Shown: piece by piece, positions 24,415-37,414 of the stretch
Numbering within the stretch: position 1 is the stretch's first letter
Layout of the letters: each line of letters begins with the position of its first letter
From: Octopus sinensis
Taxonomy: Eukaryota
NCBI RefSeq assembly: GCF_006345805.1
Contig: NC_043011.1
Location: forward strand, 30,268,464 to 30,332,463
Direction of reading: 5' to 3'
Length of the DNA: 64,000 nt
Notes under the pieces: generated by a model
Told to the model about the DNA's origin: nothing
Database searches by the model: none
The model's input: only the letters and a program-made list of their open reading frames with translations
Program-made: the position numbers and the translations under genes

Positions 24415-24477
<63 letters not shown>

Positions 24478-24589
24478 TTCTATTTCTCCACGCACACATA
24501 AACTCGCTTTTTCTCAGCAAATAAGTAAACATAACTCTTTTCATAAATTGACATATTGACTCTTCTACCAGTTGTTGATTGCAGGCAAA

Positions 24590-25475
24590 TGATGGGTGCC
24601 AAACGTGAGCAATATGCTGTCATTGAGTTCTTCATGATGGAGGGCTGCAGGCTACCTTCCACTGAAGGTCACGGTTTTATTTTTTAAACAGAGAGGCACC
24701 ATTGACATGAGCAATGTGGACAGTTTAAAACGGAGAAGTTTTAAAAAAAGGAAGACCAACATTGACGACAAACCACACAGGAAACTATCAATCGGAATTG
24801 GAAGAATTGATTCACGCGAAGAGACAAGTTACAATCCATGAGCTTGCCGCACAACTGGACTGTGGTTATAATACACTAGCAGCATAGCCCAGGGTTGCCC
24901 GAGTATGTAAGAGCCCCTAGTAGGCAACGACTAATCCCAATCTAGTTCTTTCCCTCCAGGGAACGAAGGCGCATGTGTAGGTTGCAATGTCTTCTCTTCA
25001 CTCGAATACTTCTATGTATACGATGTTCCTAGCTGTCTCCCGACAGAAAATGTGTTGCATATAAAAAGCTTAGATTCTCGACCCCATGTCGAATTTATCG
25101 ATTTTTTTTCAGAACTGGGGGAACTTTTCAAAATTTTCGCTGCGTTAGTTTTGAATTATGACATTGGGCTATGTGTGTGTCAAGTTTCATCAGAATCGGT
25201 TGAAAGCCGTGGTCAGGGTGAGGGTACAACCTGACAGCCACACAGACACACAGACAGACAAACTGCCGTTTATATATAGAGAGATTACAGAAGGCAGCGG
25301 AAGATTAGATACAAGAAAAGTGTGTACGAAGTGGATACCTCTGCAGCTGATATCCGATTTGAAAGAATGATAGGTGGAAATTTGTTCTGATCTGCTGGAC
25401 GTGTTGAAGTCTATAAAGACACAATTTTTTCCACTCTGGTGACAAGAGATGAAATGTTGCTTTATAGTAATGATC
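24590..25475 (+). mobile_element. Decayed mariner transposase fragment split by a DINE-like insertion
   Basis: EQYAVIEF...ELEELIHAKRQVTIHELAAQL (HTH), resuming at ~25276 as RKVCTKWIP...LVTRDE; a 180-bp piece is duplicated at ~23698-23880. Confidence 0.7.
24876..25276 (+). mobile_element. Helentron-associated/DINE-like non-autonomous element
   Basis: 5' ctagc...cccagggttgcccgag subterminal repeat, 3' (gaca)n...tttatatatagagagat end; homologous copy at 40848-41226. Confidence 0.6.
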
Positions 25476-25729
25476 TAGTATCAGAGGCTCACTCTACGGA
25501 ATTGCGTCTCACCTCTTTGGAACTTAAGAAGTTCAAGAGCCATTGAGTTCAAATTCCGCCGAGGTCGACTTTGCCTTTCATCCTTTCGGGCTCGATTAAA
25601 TAAGTATCAGTTAATCGACTTAATCCGTTTGTCTGTCCTTGTTTGTCCCCTCTATGTTTAGCCCCTTGTGGGCAATAAAGAAATAAATTATTATTATTAT
25701 TATTATATTATTATTATTATATTATTATT

Positions 25730-25764
<35 letters not shown>

Positions 25765-25856
25765 CAACAGTTGGATTTTTTTTATTTGCAGTTTTGTGCT
25801 GTTGGCTTAAGCTAAAACACACACGCGCGCACACACACACACTCACACACACACAT

Positions 25857-25891
<35 letters not shown>

Positions 25892-27289
25892 TACATACAC
25901 ATTAAATAACTGTCGTACTCAAAACACAGTTTCTTCTTGTGAGTCACAATTTACGTAAAACGGTAAGGAAATCATATTTTACAAATTTGCCAGACATGTT
26001 TTCTTAGCTGAGATCAAGTCTATCAGAAAATTCTTTGAATAGTCTTTGTTTTCCTTAAGTTTTACGTTTTTTATAATTCTTTACTTTTCTTCAAGGTATT
26101 TTCATTTTATTTTGGTTACGCTAAACGTTTATTGAATGTAATTCAAATTAAAATACTATTTTTTATTTCTAATTTTAAAATCTTACTTTCCCTTTCACCT
26201 TTTTCTTCCTCTATATAAGGTTTGTCAATTAGTAATTATTCAAAAATATTATTACAAAATATTAATGTTTTGAAATCGAAGATATTGTTGAAAAGAAATT
26301 ACGATGTCGCACTTATTCTGAAACTCCACCTTGAAAAACGTATTGTTAAAGTGCCACCCCTGCAAATTTTGAAGCCCACTCGCTAATGGGCCTTCTTGTA
26401 ACTCCAGTAAGTGACGCTGAATACATAGTGACACGTTTAGCACGAGTTCTTAGTTTTCTTCGTCATCATCTAGATTGAGCAACGGAAAGACCCCACTAGG
26501 AAAAGTTTATCCTAATTAATAACTTACGATATTATAATGGGCATTATACTTTTTTTATAACAGTGAACCGCTATGCCAAGTCTATATGCTCAGTCTGCTT
26601 TTAAGGAACACTAATTGTCTTCAATTATATTGTATACACGAATTTTTGTGCTAAACGAATATCTTGCGTAAGAAATGAAACAAAATATTTTATTTAAAGT
26701 TTGATTTAAACAGCTAGCACAAAGCCATTTCTACAAACCAGTAACCACAACACAATTTTTGGGGTGAATAACTTAAGGAGCGTTTCCTTTATTTTTATTT
26801 ATTTATCTATTGCATTTTGTAGGGTGGAATCTGATCCCTGATTTGAAGACTGAAATAAAAGTATTCTCCATATGCTTTGATCTTATTCACTCACCATTAT
26901 CGAGGCTCATCCAGCTGTGGTTAAGGAACTTTTCTTTGTTTTTAATAAAGGTTAAGACCCTCGAGAATTGACAATCGTTTAACTACAATACTTAACTGGA
27001 TGCTAAAATCCAAACTTAAGGAGAAGCAATTTGATGAAATTTCAAAATATCAAAAGCTATCAAACTACTTTATGATGTCTGACTTGCCGATATCTAAAAC
27101 TGTAAAAAATTAACCAAACACCAGTGGGGCTAGTGATAGTGCACAAACCATGTATGCCCTTTTTAGCAATTTTCAACACACTTGTCAACGAAGTTCTGAG
27201 GAAGAGGAAGAGACATCAGGAAGAAACAAATTCAGTGGTTTTAAGGAATAGCTACCTCACAAACTATAATTATTTTAAATAGAATTGCT

Positions 27290-27670
27290 TAATGGAAGAC
27301 CCGAATTTGGGTGGGGGAGGGGGCAGTCGATTAGACCTACCCCAGTACGCAACTGGTACTTAATTTATCGACCTCGAAAGGATGAAAGGCAAAGTCGACC
27401 TCGGTGGAATTTGAACTCAGAACATAAAGACAGACGAAATACCACCAACAATACCTGTTTCTTTATTACCCACAAGGGGCTAAACAAGGACAGACAAACG
27501 GATTAAGTCGATTACATCGACCCAGTGCGTAACTGGTACTTAATTTATCGACCCCGAAAGGATGAAAGGCAAAGTCGACCACGGCGGAATTTGAACTCAA
27601 AACGTAACGGTAGATGAAATACGGCTACGCATTTCGCCCTGCGTGCTAACGTTTCTGCCAGCTCGCCGCT
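27290..27670 (-). mobile_element. SINE family B, compound
   Basis: Family B head (ctgccagctcgcc) at ~27655-27668 and duplicated internal module. Confidence 0.85.
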
Positions 27671-27714
27671 AGTGATCCTTGATATTGCTACTGTATATAA
27701 GCCGTATTTGACAA

Positions 27715-27905
27715 TGCCTTTTATGAGCCGTGAAAGGGAAAATAATTTCTCAAAGCTATCCTTTTTAAAGAACAAATTATATTCTACTGTGATTGAAGAA
27801 TGCTTAAATTCAATATTCCTGTTGACTCTAGAAAATGGTATTACAACGAAGCTCTCATATGACAAAATTGTGAATGAAGATGTTGCTAGAAAGACAAAAT
27901 ATTGT
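27715..27905 (+). mobile_element. hAT transposase C-terminal dimerisation-domain fragment
   Basis: SRERENNFSKLSFLKNKLYSTVIEECLNSIFLLTLE resembles the hAT ERSFSKLKLIKxxLRSTMxxERLNxLxLLxIE motif. Confidence 0.65.
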
Positions 27906-28011
27906 ATTTTGTAAATTGTGGTTCATGTAGAATGCATTGCAAAACCTGTTTGAAATTAAATATTATCTTAATTAAATATTATGTTTTATTTCAAGCATAA
28001 AATAATAAAAA

Positions 28012-28265
28012 TAAATGCGCCCTTTTACAGCCTAGCCAGGCTCATGGGCCCGATTTCCCGGTGTCATTGGTGTATGTGTTCCCCAGCTGGACGGGACGCC
28101 AGTCCATCGCAGTGTTACTCATTTTTGCCAGCTGAATGGACTGGAGCAACGTGAAATGAAGTGTTTTGCTCAAGAACACAACGCGTCGCCCGGTCCAGGA
28201 ATCGAAACTACAATCTTACGATCATAATGCTGACACCCTAACCACTAAGCCACGCGCCTCCACTT
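28012..28265 (-). mobile_element. SINE family C
   Basis: Ends in ccactaagccacgcgcctcc (reverse of the head); near identical to the units at 38.4-39.1 kb. Confidence 0.88.
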
Positions 28266-28489
28266 CTTTCAACCATTCTCATAAATAATCGCTAATTTTC
28301 ATTCCCACATAACTTGAAAACTATAAGTTATAGAATTTCTATTCACAACAGTGACATTGAGATATGAAGTAAGCAATTACAGCAATTGAAAATTTTAATC
28401 TAAGACGCACTGATTAAATTCTATTTTCATATTTGTAGTAATCTGTCATGGAACAAGGAATTGCGGACGATAACAGTGGTTACCCAGAG

Positions 28490-28905
28490 GCGGTGAGCTG
28501 GCAGAATCGTTAACACTTTGGGCGAAATGCTTAGCGGTATTTCGTCAGCCGTTACGTTCTGGGTTCAAATTCCGCCGAGGTCGACTTTGCCTTTCATCCT
28601 TTCGGGGTCGGTTAAATAAGTACCAGTTACTCACTGAGGTCGAAATAATTGACTTAATCCGTTTGTCTGTCCTTGTTTGTCCTCTCTGTGTTTAGCCCCT
28701 TGTAGGTAGTAAAGAAATAGGTATTTCGTCCGCTGCTACGTTCTGAGTTCAAATCCGCCTACGTCGACTTTGCCTTTCATCCTTTCGGGCTCGATAAATT
28801 AAGTACCAGTGACGCACTGGGGTCGATGTAATCGACTTCATACGTTTGCCTGTCCTTGTTTGTCCCCTCTATGTTTAGCCCCTTGTGGGCAATAAAGAAA
28901 TAAGA
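28490..28905 (+). mobile_element. SINE family B, dimeric
   Basis: ggcggtgagctggcagaatcgttaac head; body module repeated twice. Confidence 0.88.
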
Positions 28906-29524
28906 ACAGTGGTTACCCAGAAGTCATTGCTGATAGAAAGAAGCTCGCTGCAAAAATACATTTTTAAAGACTTCTCCATATCACACCTTCCTCCACGCTT
29001 TTGGATAGCATAGCCTTTCAGACTTTATTGGATGTTGCGTTATTGTTACTGGTTGCGAAGGGATCCCCATAACAGCTTAATCTACCGGGCCCCCAAAATA
29101 TCAGCGATGTGTGTGTGTGTGCGTGCGCATGCGTGCGTGTGTGTTTGAGATTGTATGTGTTGTTTGCGTAACATGTAAGCATCTCATTTGCATAGAAACA
29201 AAAGCACAACAGAAACTTCCGTATGTTTAGGGGGGGGGTCTCATATAGCTACATACAGCTTCTCATAGTAGAGATTGGTGAATTCTAGAAGCTTAATAAA
29301 ACAGGAAACTTCGACTTGATGCAGAGCAGGTTAATTTATTACAGTCGATTCAATCCTTCTCAAAGATTTCCTTATTTATTTATTTTTTTTTGATCATAGT
29401 TCATTTAGTTACATTTACGTTACATTTGCATGACATGCAAATAAACACTGCATACAATCATGCATAACATGCAAAACAAGCACAGCATATAAATATGCAT
29501 TACATTGTGCACATTACATATATT

Positions 29525-29860
29525 ACGTGGCTCAGTGGTTAGAGCGTCGAGCTTACGATCGTGAGGTTGTGAGCTCGAATCCCGGACCGGGCTGCGTGTT
29601 GTGTTCTTGAGCAAGACACTTTATCTCACGTTGCTCCGGTTCACTCAGCTGTAGAAATGAGTTGCGACGTCACAGGTGCCAAGCTGTATCGGCCCTTGCC
29701 TTTCCCTTGGACAACATCGGTGACGTGGAGAGGGGAGGCCGGTATGCATGGGCGACTGCTGGTCTTCCAAAAAAAAAAACAACCTTGCCCAGACCTGTGC
29801 CTCAGAGGGTAACTCTCTAGGTGCAAACCCATGGTCAGTGTCTGACCGAAGGGGGGTCAC
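29525..29860 (+). mobile_element. SINE family C-related element
   Basis: cgtggctcagtggttagagcg head, CORE-like block; 3' part shared with 17945-18125 (minus). Confidence 0.8.
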
Positions 29861-29933
29861 AACAGTGTAACATATATAGTGCATGCATCACATTAATTAT
29901 ATAAGTTCTATACAGCACCTACATTACAGTGTA

Positions 29934-30511
29934 TATTGGGTTGTCCGGAAAGTTCATGCCGATTTATAGCAGCTTTCCTTTCGACTTATTTTAGAACATG
30001 GTTGAGTCCATAAAATAGGATTTGACTACACCTCCATTTAGAGCAGAGTTTAAGCTATCTTTACGTGGAAGAAGGTTTATGTTCCTATAACCTGTGTTAA
30101 TTCTGTAAACCTGCAAAATGGAAGGTAAGAAAGTTCATTTTCGACACTTGATGCTTTTCTTTTTCCGTAAAGGGAAAAATGCCTCACAAGCAACCAAAGA
30201 AATATGTGCAGTTTATGGTGATGTTTCTTTATCCGAAAGAACTGTATGGAAGTGGTTCGCAAGGTTCCGAGCTGGAGATTGTAGCCTTATTGATAAAGAG
30301 CGATCTGGCGGACCATCCACTACAGATGATGACCAAATCAAGTCATTAATTGAGAATAACCTACATTGCACAACCCGAGAATTGGAAGAAAGCCTCAACC
30401 TATCAAAATCCGTGGTTCATGAGAACCTGGTAAAGCTTGGGTAATGGCAAGTTTTTATTGACCTTTTTCTTTCCTTTAAAAATCGGCACGAACTTTCCAG
30501 ACAACCCAATA
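29934..30511 (+). mobile_element. Internally deleted mariner element with both TIRs
   Basis: TIRs tattgggttgtccggaaagttcatgccgattt / aaatcggcacgaactttccagacaacccaata, TA on both sides. Confidence 0.92.
30118..30444 (+). CDS. Mariner transposase N-terminal HTH DNA-binding region only (108 aa, catalytic domain deleted)
   Basis: HFRHLMLFFFRKGKNASQATKEICAVYG...RTVWKWFARFRAGD...RSGGP...TTRELEE, Mos1/Hsmar-like HTHs. Confidence 0.8.
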   Translation: MEGKKVHFRHLMLFFFRKGKNASQATKEICAVYGDVSLSERTVWKWFARFRAGDCSLIDKERSGGPSTTDDDQIKSLIENNLHCTTRELEESLNLSKSVVHENLVKLG

Positions 30512-30663
30512 TATTCCATTATCTTCAATACATTGCATACATACATTACACCGCGCGCACGTTTGTGTGTGTGCGCGTGTGTACATGTGAGCGCGCGCGT
30601 GTTTAATTCCAGTTCCTTAATTTTGTTCCATTTAACTACATCATGTAGGCCAGAGTTCCCAAA

Positions 30664-31050
30664 CACCAAGAGTGGTTGTGTGGTACGTAGCTTGCTTACG
30701 AACCACATAGTTCTGGGTTCAGTCCCACTTCGTGGCACTTTGGGCAAGTGTCTTCTACTATAGCCTCAGGCCGACCAAAGCCTTGTGAGTGGATTTGGTA
30801 GACGGAAACTGAAAGAAACCCGTCGTATATATGTATATATATGTGTGTGTGTGTGTACACCCACCCAGTATCGCTTGACAACCGATGCTGGTGTGTTTAC
30901 GCCCTGTAACTTAGCGATTCGGCAAAAGAGACCGATAGAATAAGTACTAGGCTTACAAAGAATAAGTCCTGGTGTCGATTTTCTCGACTAAAGGCGGTGC
31001 TCCAGCATGGCCACAGTCAAATGACTGAAACAAGTAAAAGAGTAAAAAGG
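30664..31050 (+). mobile_element. SINE family A
   Basis: Near full-length match. Confidence 0.88.
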
Positions 31051-31329
31051 GAGTAATAATCTATTTTATTGACAGTCGCAGTCTGCAGGGACATATGTCA
31101 TTATAAGGTGGCGAGCTGAAGAATCGTAAGCATCCCTGATAAAACGCTTAACAGCATCATTTCGTCCGTTTTTACATTCTGAGTTCAAATTCCACCGAGG
31201 TCGAATTTTTATCTTTCATCCTTTCGGACTCGATAAAATAAGTACCAGTCGAGCACTGGAGTCGATGCAATCGACTAGCTCCCTGCCACCAAATTCCAGG
31301 CATTGTGCCTATCGTTGAAAGGTTGTTTG

Positions 31330-31872
31330 TTCCTTCTCGAGCCATGCCTGGCTCATAAGGGCCGGTTTCCCGGTTTCCTTGGCGTATAGGTTCCCCCTCC
31401 TGGACGGGACGCCGGTCCGTCGGAGGTGAGCTGCAAGATGCAGGAGGAAAGAGTGAGAGAAAGTTGTGGCGAAAGAGTCAGCAGAAGTTCGCCATTACCT
31501 TCTGCCGGAGCCGCGTGAAGCTTAGATATTTCGCATATAAACACACACATCACCCGGTCTGAGATTCGAACCCGCGATCCCTCAACCGCGAGTCCGCTGC
31601 TCAAACCACTAGGCCATGTGCCTCCACAAAATAAATGTTCCTTCTCGAGCCATGCCAGGCTCATAAGGGCCAGTTTCCCGGTTTCAGTGGCGTAGAAATT
31701 CCCCACCTGGACGGAACGCCGGTCTGTCACGGGATTACTCATTTTTGCCAGCTGAGTGGACTGGAGCAACGTGAAATGAGTTTTGTCAAGAACACAACGC
31801 ATCGCCCAGTCCAGGAATCGAAACCACAACCTTACAATCAACACCCTAACCACTAAGCCACGCGACTCCACA
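31330..31872 (-). mobile_element. Two adjacent family C-related SINEs
   Basis: Both begin gttccttctcgagccatgcc.ggctcataagggcc on the plus strand and end in reversed tRNA-like heads. Confidence 0.8.
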
Positions 31873-32229
31873 TGTTGAAAGGTTTATATATGTATTATTC
31901 ACGTAATAATTAAATCATAAATTATGTACTTTATTGTGTCATGTGCATGATCCCCCGGTCCATGGGATATTTTTCTTGCATGAAACCGGTCTGTGATGCA
32001 GGAAAAGATTGGGGATCGTTGATATACAATACTTGAACATACCTATAGCCCGAACATAAATCGTGTGAGCTGGACGGTGGGGGAGTAGTTTGGATCTACT
32101 TTCGCCCGTGGATTAAACAAATTATCAGCTCTACATAGGCCGATGGACAACTACCTTAAGACCTATAACTTTTCTCCCCACATCATACATTTTTACGGTA
32201 TATCCCGGAATTTAAACTCTGGGATATAC

Positions 32230-32630
32230 GCTTTTACTCTTTTACTTGTTTCAGTCATTTGACTGCGGCCATGCTGCAGCACCGCCTTTAGTCGAGCAAA
32301 TCGACCCCGGGATTTATTCTTTGTAAGCCCAGTACTTATTCTATCGGTCTCTTTTGCCGAGCCGCTAAGTAACGGGGAAGTAAACACACCAGCATCGGTT
32401 GTCAAGCAATGCTAGGAGGACAAACACAGACACACAAACATATACACACACATACATATATACATATATACGACAAGCTTCTTTCAGTTTCCGTCTACCA
32501 AATCCACTCACAAGGCATTGGTTGGCCCGGGGCTATAGCAGAAGACACTTGCCCAAGATGCAACGCAGTTGGACTGAACCCGGAACCATGTGGTTGGTAA
32601 GCTACTTACCACACAGCCACTCCTGCGCCT
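32230..32630 (-). mobile_element. SINE family A
   Basis: Full-length reverse match. Confidence 0.9.
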
Positions 32631-33831
32631 ACTGTAAATATCTAGTTATTATTGAAAAAGAGAAATTTTGCAAAAGTTTACTTTTCTAATAGCAATTCTA
32701 CAAGTACAGGCACTGCTTCTATTGTTCTATTGATCCAAGTTTCTGTAATGAGGAATTTTGATTCTTTGTCAGAAACTTACTCTTTTTTTTTATAGAATTA
32801 TTTCAAAAGAATAAAGGCAAAATGAGAACGAAAACACTTACACATACACTCACATACCTACACATAAACATGTTTTTTTAATCTTTTACTTGTTTCAATC
32901 ACCAGACGGCGGCCATACTGGAGCACTACTTTGGAACGTTTCAGTCGAACAAATTCTTAATTTTTAAGTCTGATTGGTACTCATCTCATCGGCTCATTGA
33001 CAAATAGCTAAGTTAAGGAAACGTAAACAAACCGACACTTGTTGTCACGTGGTGAGCAAGGGACAATCAAAGACATAAACACACACATACACGCACACAC
33101 ACACACACACATATAGACATATACGACGGGCTTTTTCACAGTTTCTGTCGACCAAATCGACCCCAGGACTTATTCTTTGTAAGACCAGTACTTATTCTGT
33201 CGGTCTCTTTTGCCGAACCGCTAAGTTACGGGGACGTAAACACACCAGCATCGGTTGTCAAGCGATGTTGGGGAGACAAACACAGACACACAAACATGCA
33301 TATATACATTTATACGACGGGCTTTTTTCAGTTTCCGTCTACCAATTCCACTCACAAGGCTTTGGTCGGCCCGAGGCTATAGTAGAAGATACTTGCCCAA
33401 GGTACCGCGCAGTGGGACTGAACCCAGAACCATGTGGTCGGTAAGCAATATACTTTATTTCATTATGATTTGCCATGAAGGCATTACAAAGAGGGGACGA
33501 ACCCTCTTTGTACTTACCACACATCCACTCCTGCGCCTTATAACATATAGAAGGCACTTGACTAGGGCGCCGCGCAATGGGACTGAACCCGAAACTACGA
33601 GGTCACAAATCGAACTCCTCAATCATGCATACGTACACATACGTAAGTCAAAACATAGATATACACACATACAGACGAAGAAGTAAAGTAACAAGAAAGA
33701 AATCAGGTAAATTGTTCACTTTTGGCGATTTGGTCGTTCGTTGTTATTAATCAAATTAGTGTGTAATGAGACTAAATATACCTTAGACATGGGATCTTTG
33801 AACATAAATCCTCAGAGAGAACCTGTGAAGG

Positions 33832-34144
33832 ATCTGTTCAGTTTGGCTCACAGATTTTATAATTCTTCTTTTGTTTTTTTTAACTAAACACTTTGAAACT
33901 TCGAATACTTGTGTAATTTCTCAAGCAGAACACGGTTTACTTTGGACATTTTTGACAAAATTTCGTATTTTAGAAGTTATTTCGTGTTAATGTTGTATTT
34001 GGGTAATGTTAACCAATCAACGGCGTGTCAAAAATGTTCGAAGCAAACCGTGTTCTGCGTGAGAAATTATACCAGTATACGAAGTTCCAAACTGTTTAGT
34101 TAAACAAAATTAATTGAAAAATCTGTGAGCCAAACTGAACAGAT
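33832..34144. mobile_element. MITE-like element with 27-bp inverted repeats
   Basis: atctgttcagtttggctcacagattt / aaatctgtgagccaaactgaacagat. Confidence 0.6.
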
Positions 34145-34519
34145 TCCCGGTGAATGCGACACAGTGGGTGACAAGGTCGAATAGATGTGTTGCAGGTACA
34201 ATCCATTCGATGGGATTCCTCACAATTTCCGTCTAAATAATTTAGCTGACAAAATTTTTAGGTCAGCCCGTGGCATCGTAAAAGACATATTCCCCGCGCA
34301 GTGGGATTGAAAATTGAAACCTCATGATTTCGAAATGAATTTTGTTTATGAATTCAGTCATGCTGCATCCGCATCACTTATTTAAACGATTAGGAATTAT
34401 ACGTTTTGCTCGTTAATGACTTGTGTAATATGTTATCTCTGTTGTTACACAATAAAGAGAAGGAAGAAAAAAAACATTGCGGAATATTAAATGCACATTA
34501 AAACATACATCGTATACAA

Positions 34520-34584
34520 ATGTAGAAGAACACACAGAGGCACACACACTCAAAGGCATACAAACAGGCACACACACAGGCACG

Positions 34585-34631
<47 letters not shown>

Positions 34632-34915
34632 GCACACACGCACAAAGGCACACAAAACAGGCAGACACACACACACGCACACACAGAGGCACATACACAC
34701 ATATGTACACATACACGCACAGAGGCACACATATACACAAGCATGCTCACACACGTACACACACACACAACCACACACACACACACATACAAGAGGCATA
34801 CACACACATACAAGAGGCACACACACATATACCAGAGGCACACACACATACCAGAGGCACACACACACACATACCAGAGGCATACACACACACATACACA
34901 CGTACACGCATACAC
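34520..34915. repeat. (CA)n-based complex microsatellite with recurring agaggc motif
   Basis: Repeated (acc/caa)agaggca(ca)n units. Confidence 0.9.
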
Positions 34916-35311
34916 CTAGTCTTCTATATATCTAGGAAAAGGTGTCTCTCCTCTCTTTTCTCATACACTCATTCATTCGTTCGTTCATTCACTCATTCAT
35001 TCATTCATACGAAAGGAAGGAAAAGCAGAGAGATTTGTTGAACTCCACCTACACACATGCATACATTCGTCTCAGACTGGTTCCTATAAACCACACCAAC
35101 ACAACTGCCCAAAATGACTCCTACACATAAACCCACACAGAAGAGAAACTAAACAGAACTACACGTGACACTCTCACACATGTATGAATGAATGAATGAA
35201 TGAATATATATATATATAATGCCTTTAAAGGCACCTTTAAAGGCATTTTTTGATATGCTGGCCATTGATAAAATTTTTTTCCCGAAAAAAATTTTATCCT
35301 ATATCAATTAT

Positions 35312-35375
<64 letters not shown>

Positions 35376-35516
35376 GAGTGAGTGAATAAACGTAAAAAGG
35401 GGGACACTCAAAACATTTAGTAGGAGTTGCACGCCTTATTAAAAAAAAACAATTTGATTCGGTTCCGTGTGACTTCAAGTTTCGCAGGCCCCTAACATGA
35501 GCCCGTCTCTTTCAGG

Positions 35517-35571
<55 letters not shown>

Positions 35572-35796
35572 TACTCATATACATATATACTCATATATAC
35601 ATATACATATATATATACATATATATACACACATACATATATATACACACACACACACACACATACATATATACATACATATATATATACATACATATAT
35701 ATATACATATATATATAAATACATATATATATATATATATACATATACATAGATACATATACATACATATATATACACACATACATATATATATAT

Positions 35797-35828
<32 letters not shown>

Positions 35829-35944
35829 CCTGATAGCCAGATAGATAGAGAGATAGAGAGAAAGAGAGAGACAGAGACAGAGACAGACAGACAGATAGAT
35901 ACATACATAAACACACACACACACACACACACACATACCAGAGG

Positions 35945-35982
<38 letters not shown>

Positions 35983-36232
35983 ATATTGGTATGCACCCAC
36001 ACGTTGTTGCAGACATGTGATTAACAACACTGGTGTGTATAACCATCACACGTTACCAAGAACAACACTAAGAAGAATCACACCAACTCCAGCCCTACCA
36101 TAACCAACAAACGACGACGTGTCTAGGTGGTCACCTGATCTGTTAGAAATAGCAGCAAAATCTTCCTTTTAAACTCATACTTTGGCTGTCTTACTAAAAA
36201 GGATACAGTTGGTATATCCTAAAAAGGATATA

Positions 36233-36638
36233 GGCGCAGGAGTGGCTGTGTGGTAAGTAGCTTGCTAACCAACCACATGGTTCCGGGTTCAGTCCCACTG
36301 CGTGGCATCTTGGGCAAATGTCTTCTGCTATGGCCCCGGGCCGACCAATGCCTTGCGAGTGGATTTGGTAGACGGAAACTGAAAGAAGCCTGTCGTATAT
36401 ATGTATACATATATATGTATGTATGTGTGTGTGTTTGTGTGTCTGTGTTTGTCCCCCCCAACATCGCTTGACAACCGATGCTGGTGTGTTTATGTCCCCG
36501 TCACTTAGCGGTTCGGCAAAAAGAGACCGATAGAATAAGTACTGGGCTTACAAAGAATAAGTCCCGGGGTCGATTTGCTCGACTAAGGCAGTGCTCCAGC
36601 ATGGCCGCAGTCAAATGACTGAAACAAGTGAAAGAGTT
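36233..36638 (+). mobile_element. SINE family A
   Basis: Full-length match. Confidence 0.9.
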
Positions 36639-37284
36639 GATGACCTGGTCCTAAATAAATTGCCTGAATAAAAGGCGAGGTGGCCACGGCTGAAATGCCT
36701 TTACTCAGTGACCTGTTTATTCAGGGAATAACCTACAATCCGTTCTCCACCACCACCGTCACCACTACGACTATCATCGGCAATCAACAAAGTGAAACCC
36801 TACGCTGTCGCTTGACCTGTTAGAAATAGTAGTCAAAACCTTCTTTGAATGGGACCCCTACTAGCTTACTAAAAAAGGGCATTTAGATAAAAGTCCTTGG
36901 TACAGTGCCTGAATTGAAGACGAGATGGTTACGGTTGGAATGCCTTTGCTCAAAGGTCTGCTAATTCACATGTCACCTCGTCTTTCACATCAGCACAATT
37001 ATTATCCTCATCCTCCTCCTCCTCATCATCATCATCAAAAGCAACAACCAACGAGTAAGCATCTACATGGTCACTCGTCTTGTTAGAAATAGCAGTCAAA
37101 TATCTCTCAAAACTTATGAAAAATGCGATGAATAACAGGTATTTCTTATTTGCATATAATTAATACGTACCGACAGCAGCTATAAATGATATACAAATGA
37201 ATATAATCATACCTGTTACTCGTATTTTGTGTAATTTATTACTTTAAGTTATTGTCAATCTTTGCAGAATAGATAAAGGTAAAT

Positions 37285-37326
37285 ATTTCTGATGAGTCGG
37301 TAAATACCAGGCGAAACTAGTCGAAT
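37285..37326 (+). ncRNA. Minimal type I hammerhead ribozyme, canonical core
   Basis: attt-CTGATGA-gtcggt aaat accaggc-GAA-actagt-C-gaat: stem II with one bulge, palindromic stem III, GUC site. Confidence 0.72.
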
Positions 37327-37376
37327 TGTTCTTCAGTTTGTGTAACAGAGAAAGAGAGTAAGAGAGAGTGAGGGGG

Positions 37377-37414
<38 letters not shown>

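Noticed and set aside
35465-35518. Minus-strand ctgaaaga...gcgaaacttgaagtc hammerhead-like motif
   Set aside because: Extra base in the core and no stem I pairing; the 5' side is cut by (TA)n, so it cannot be supported.
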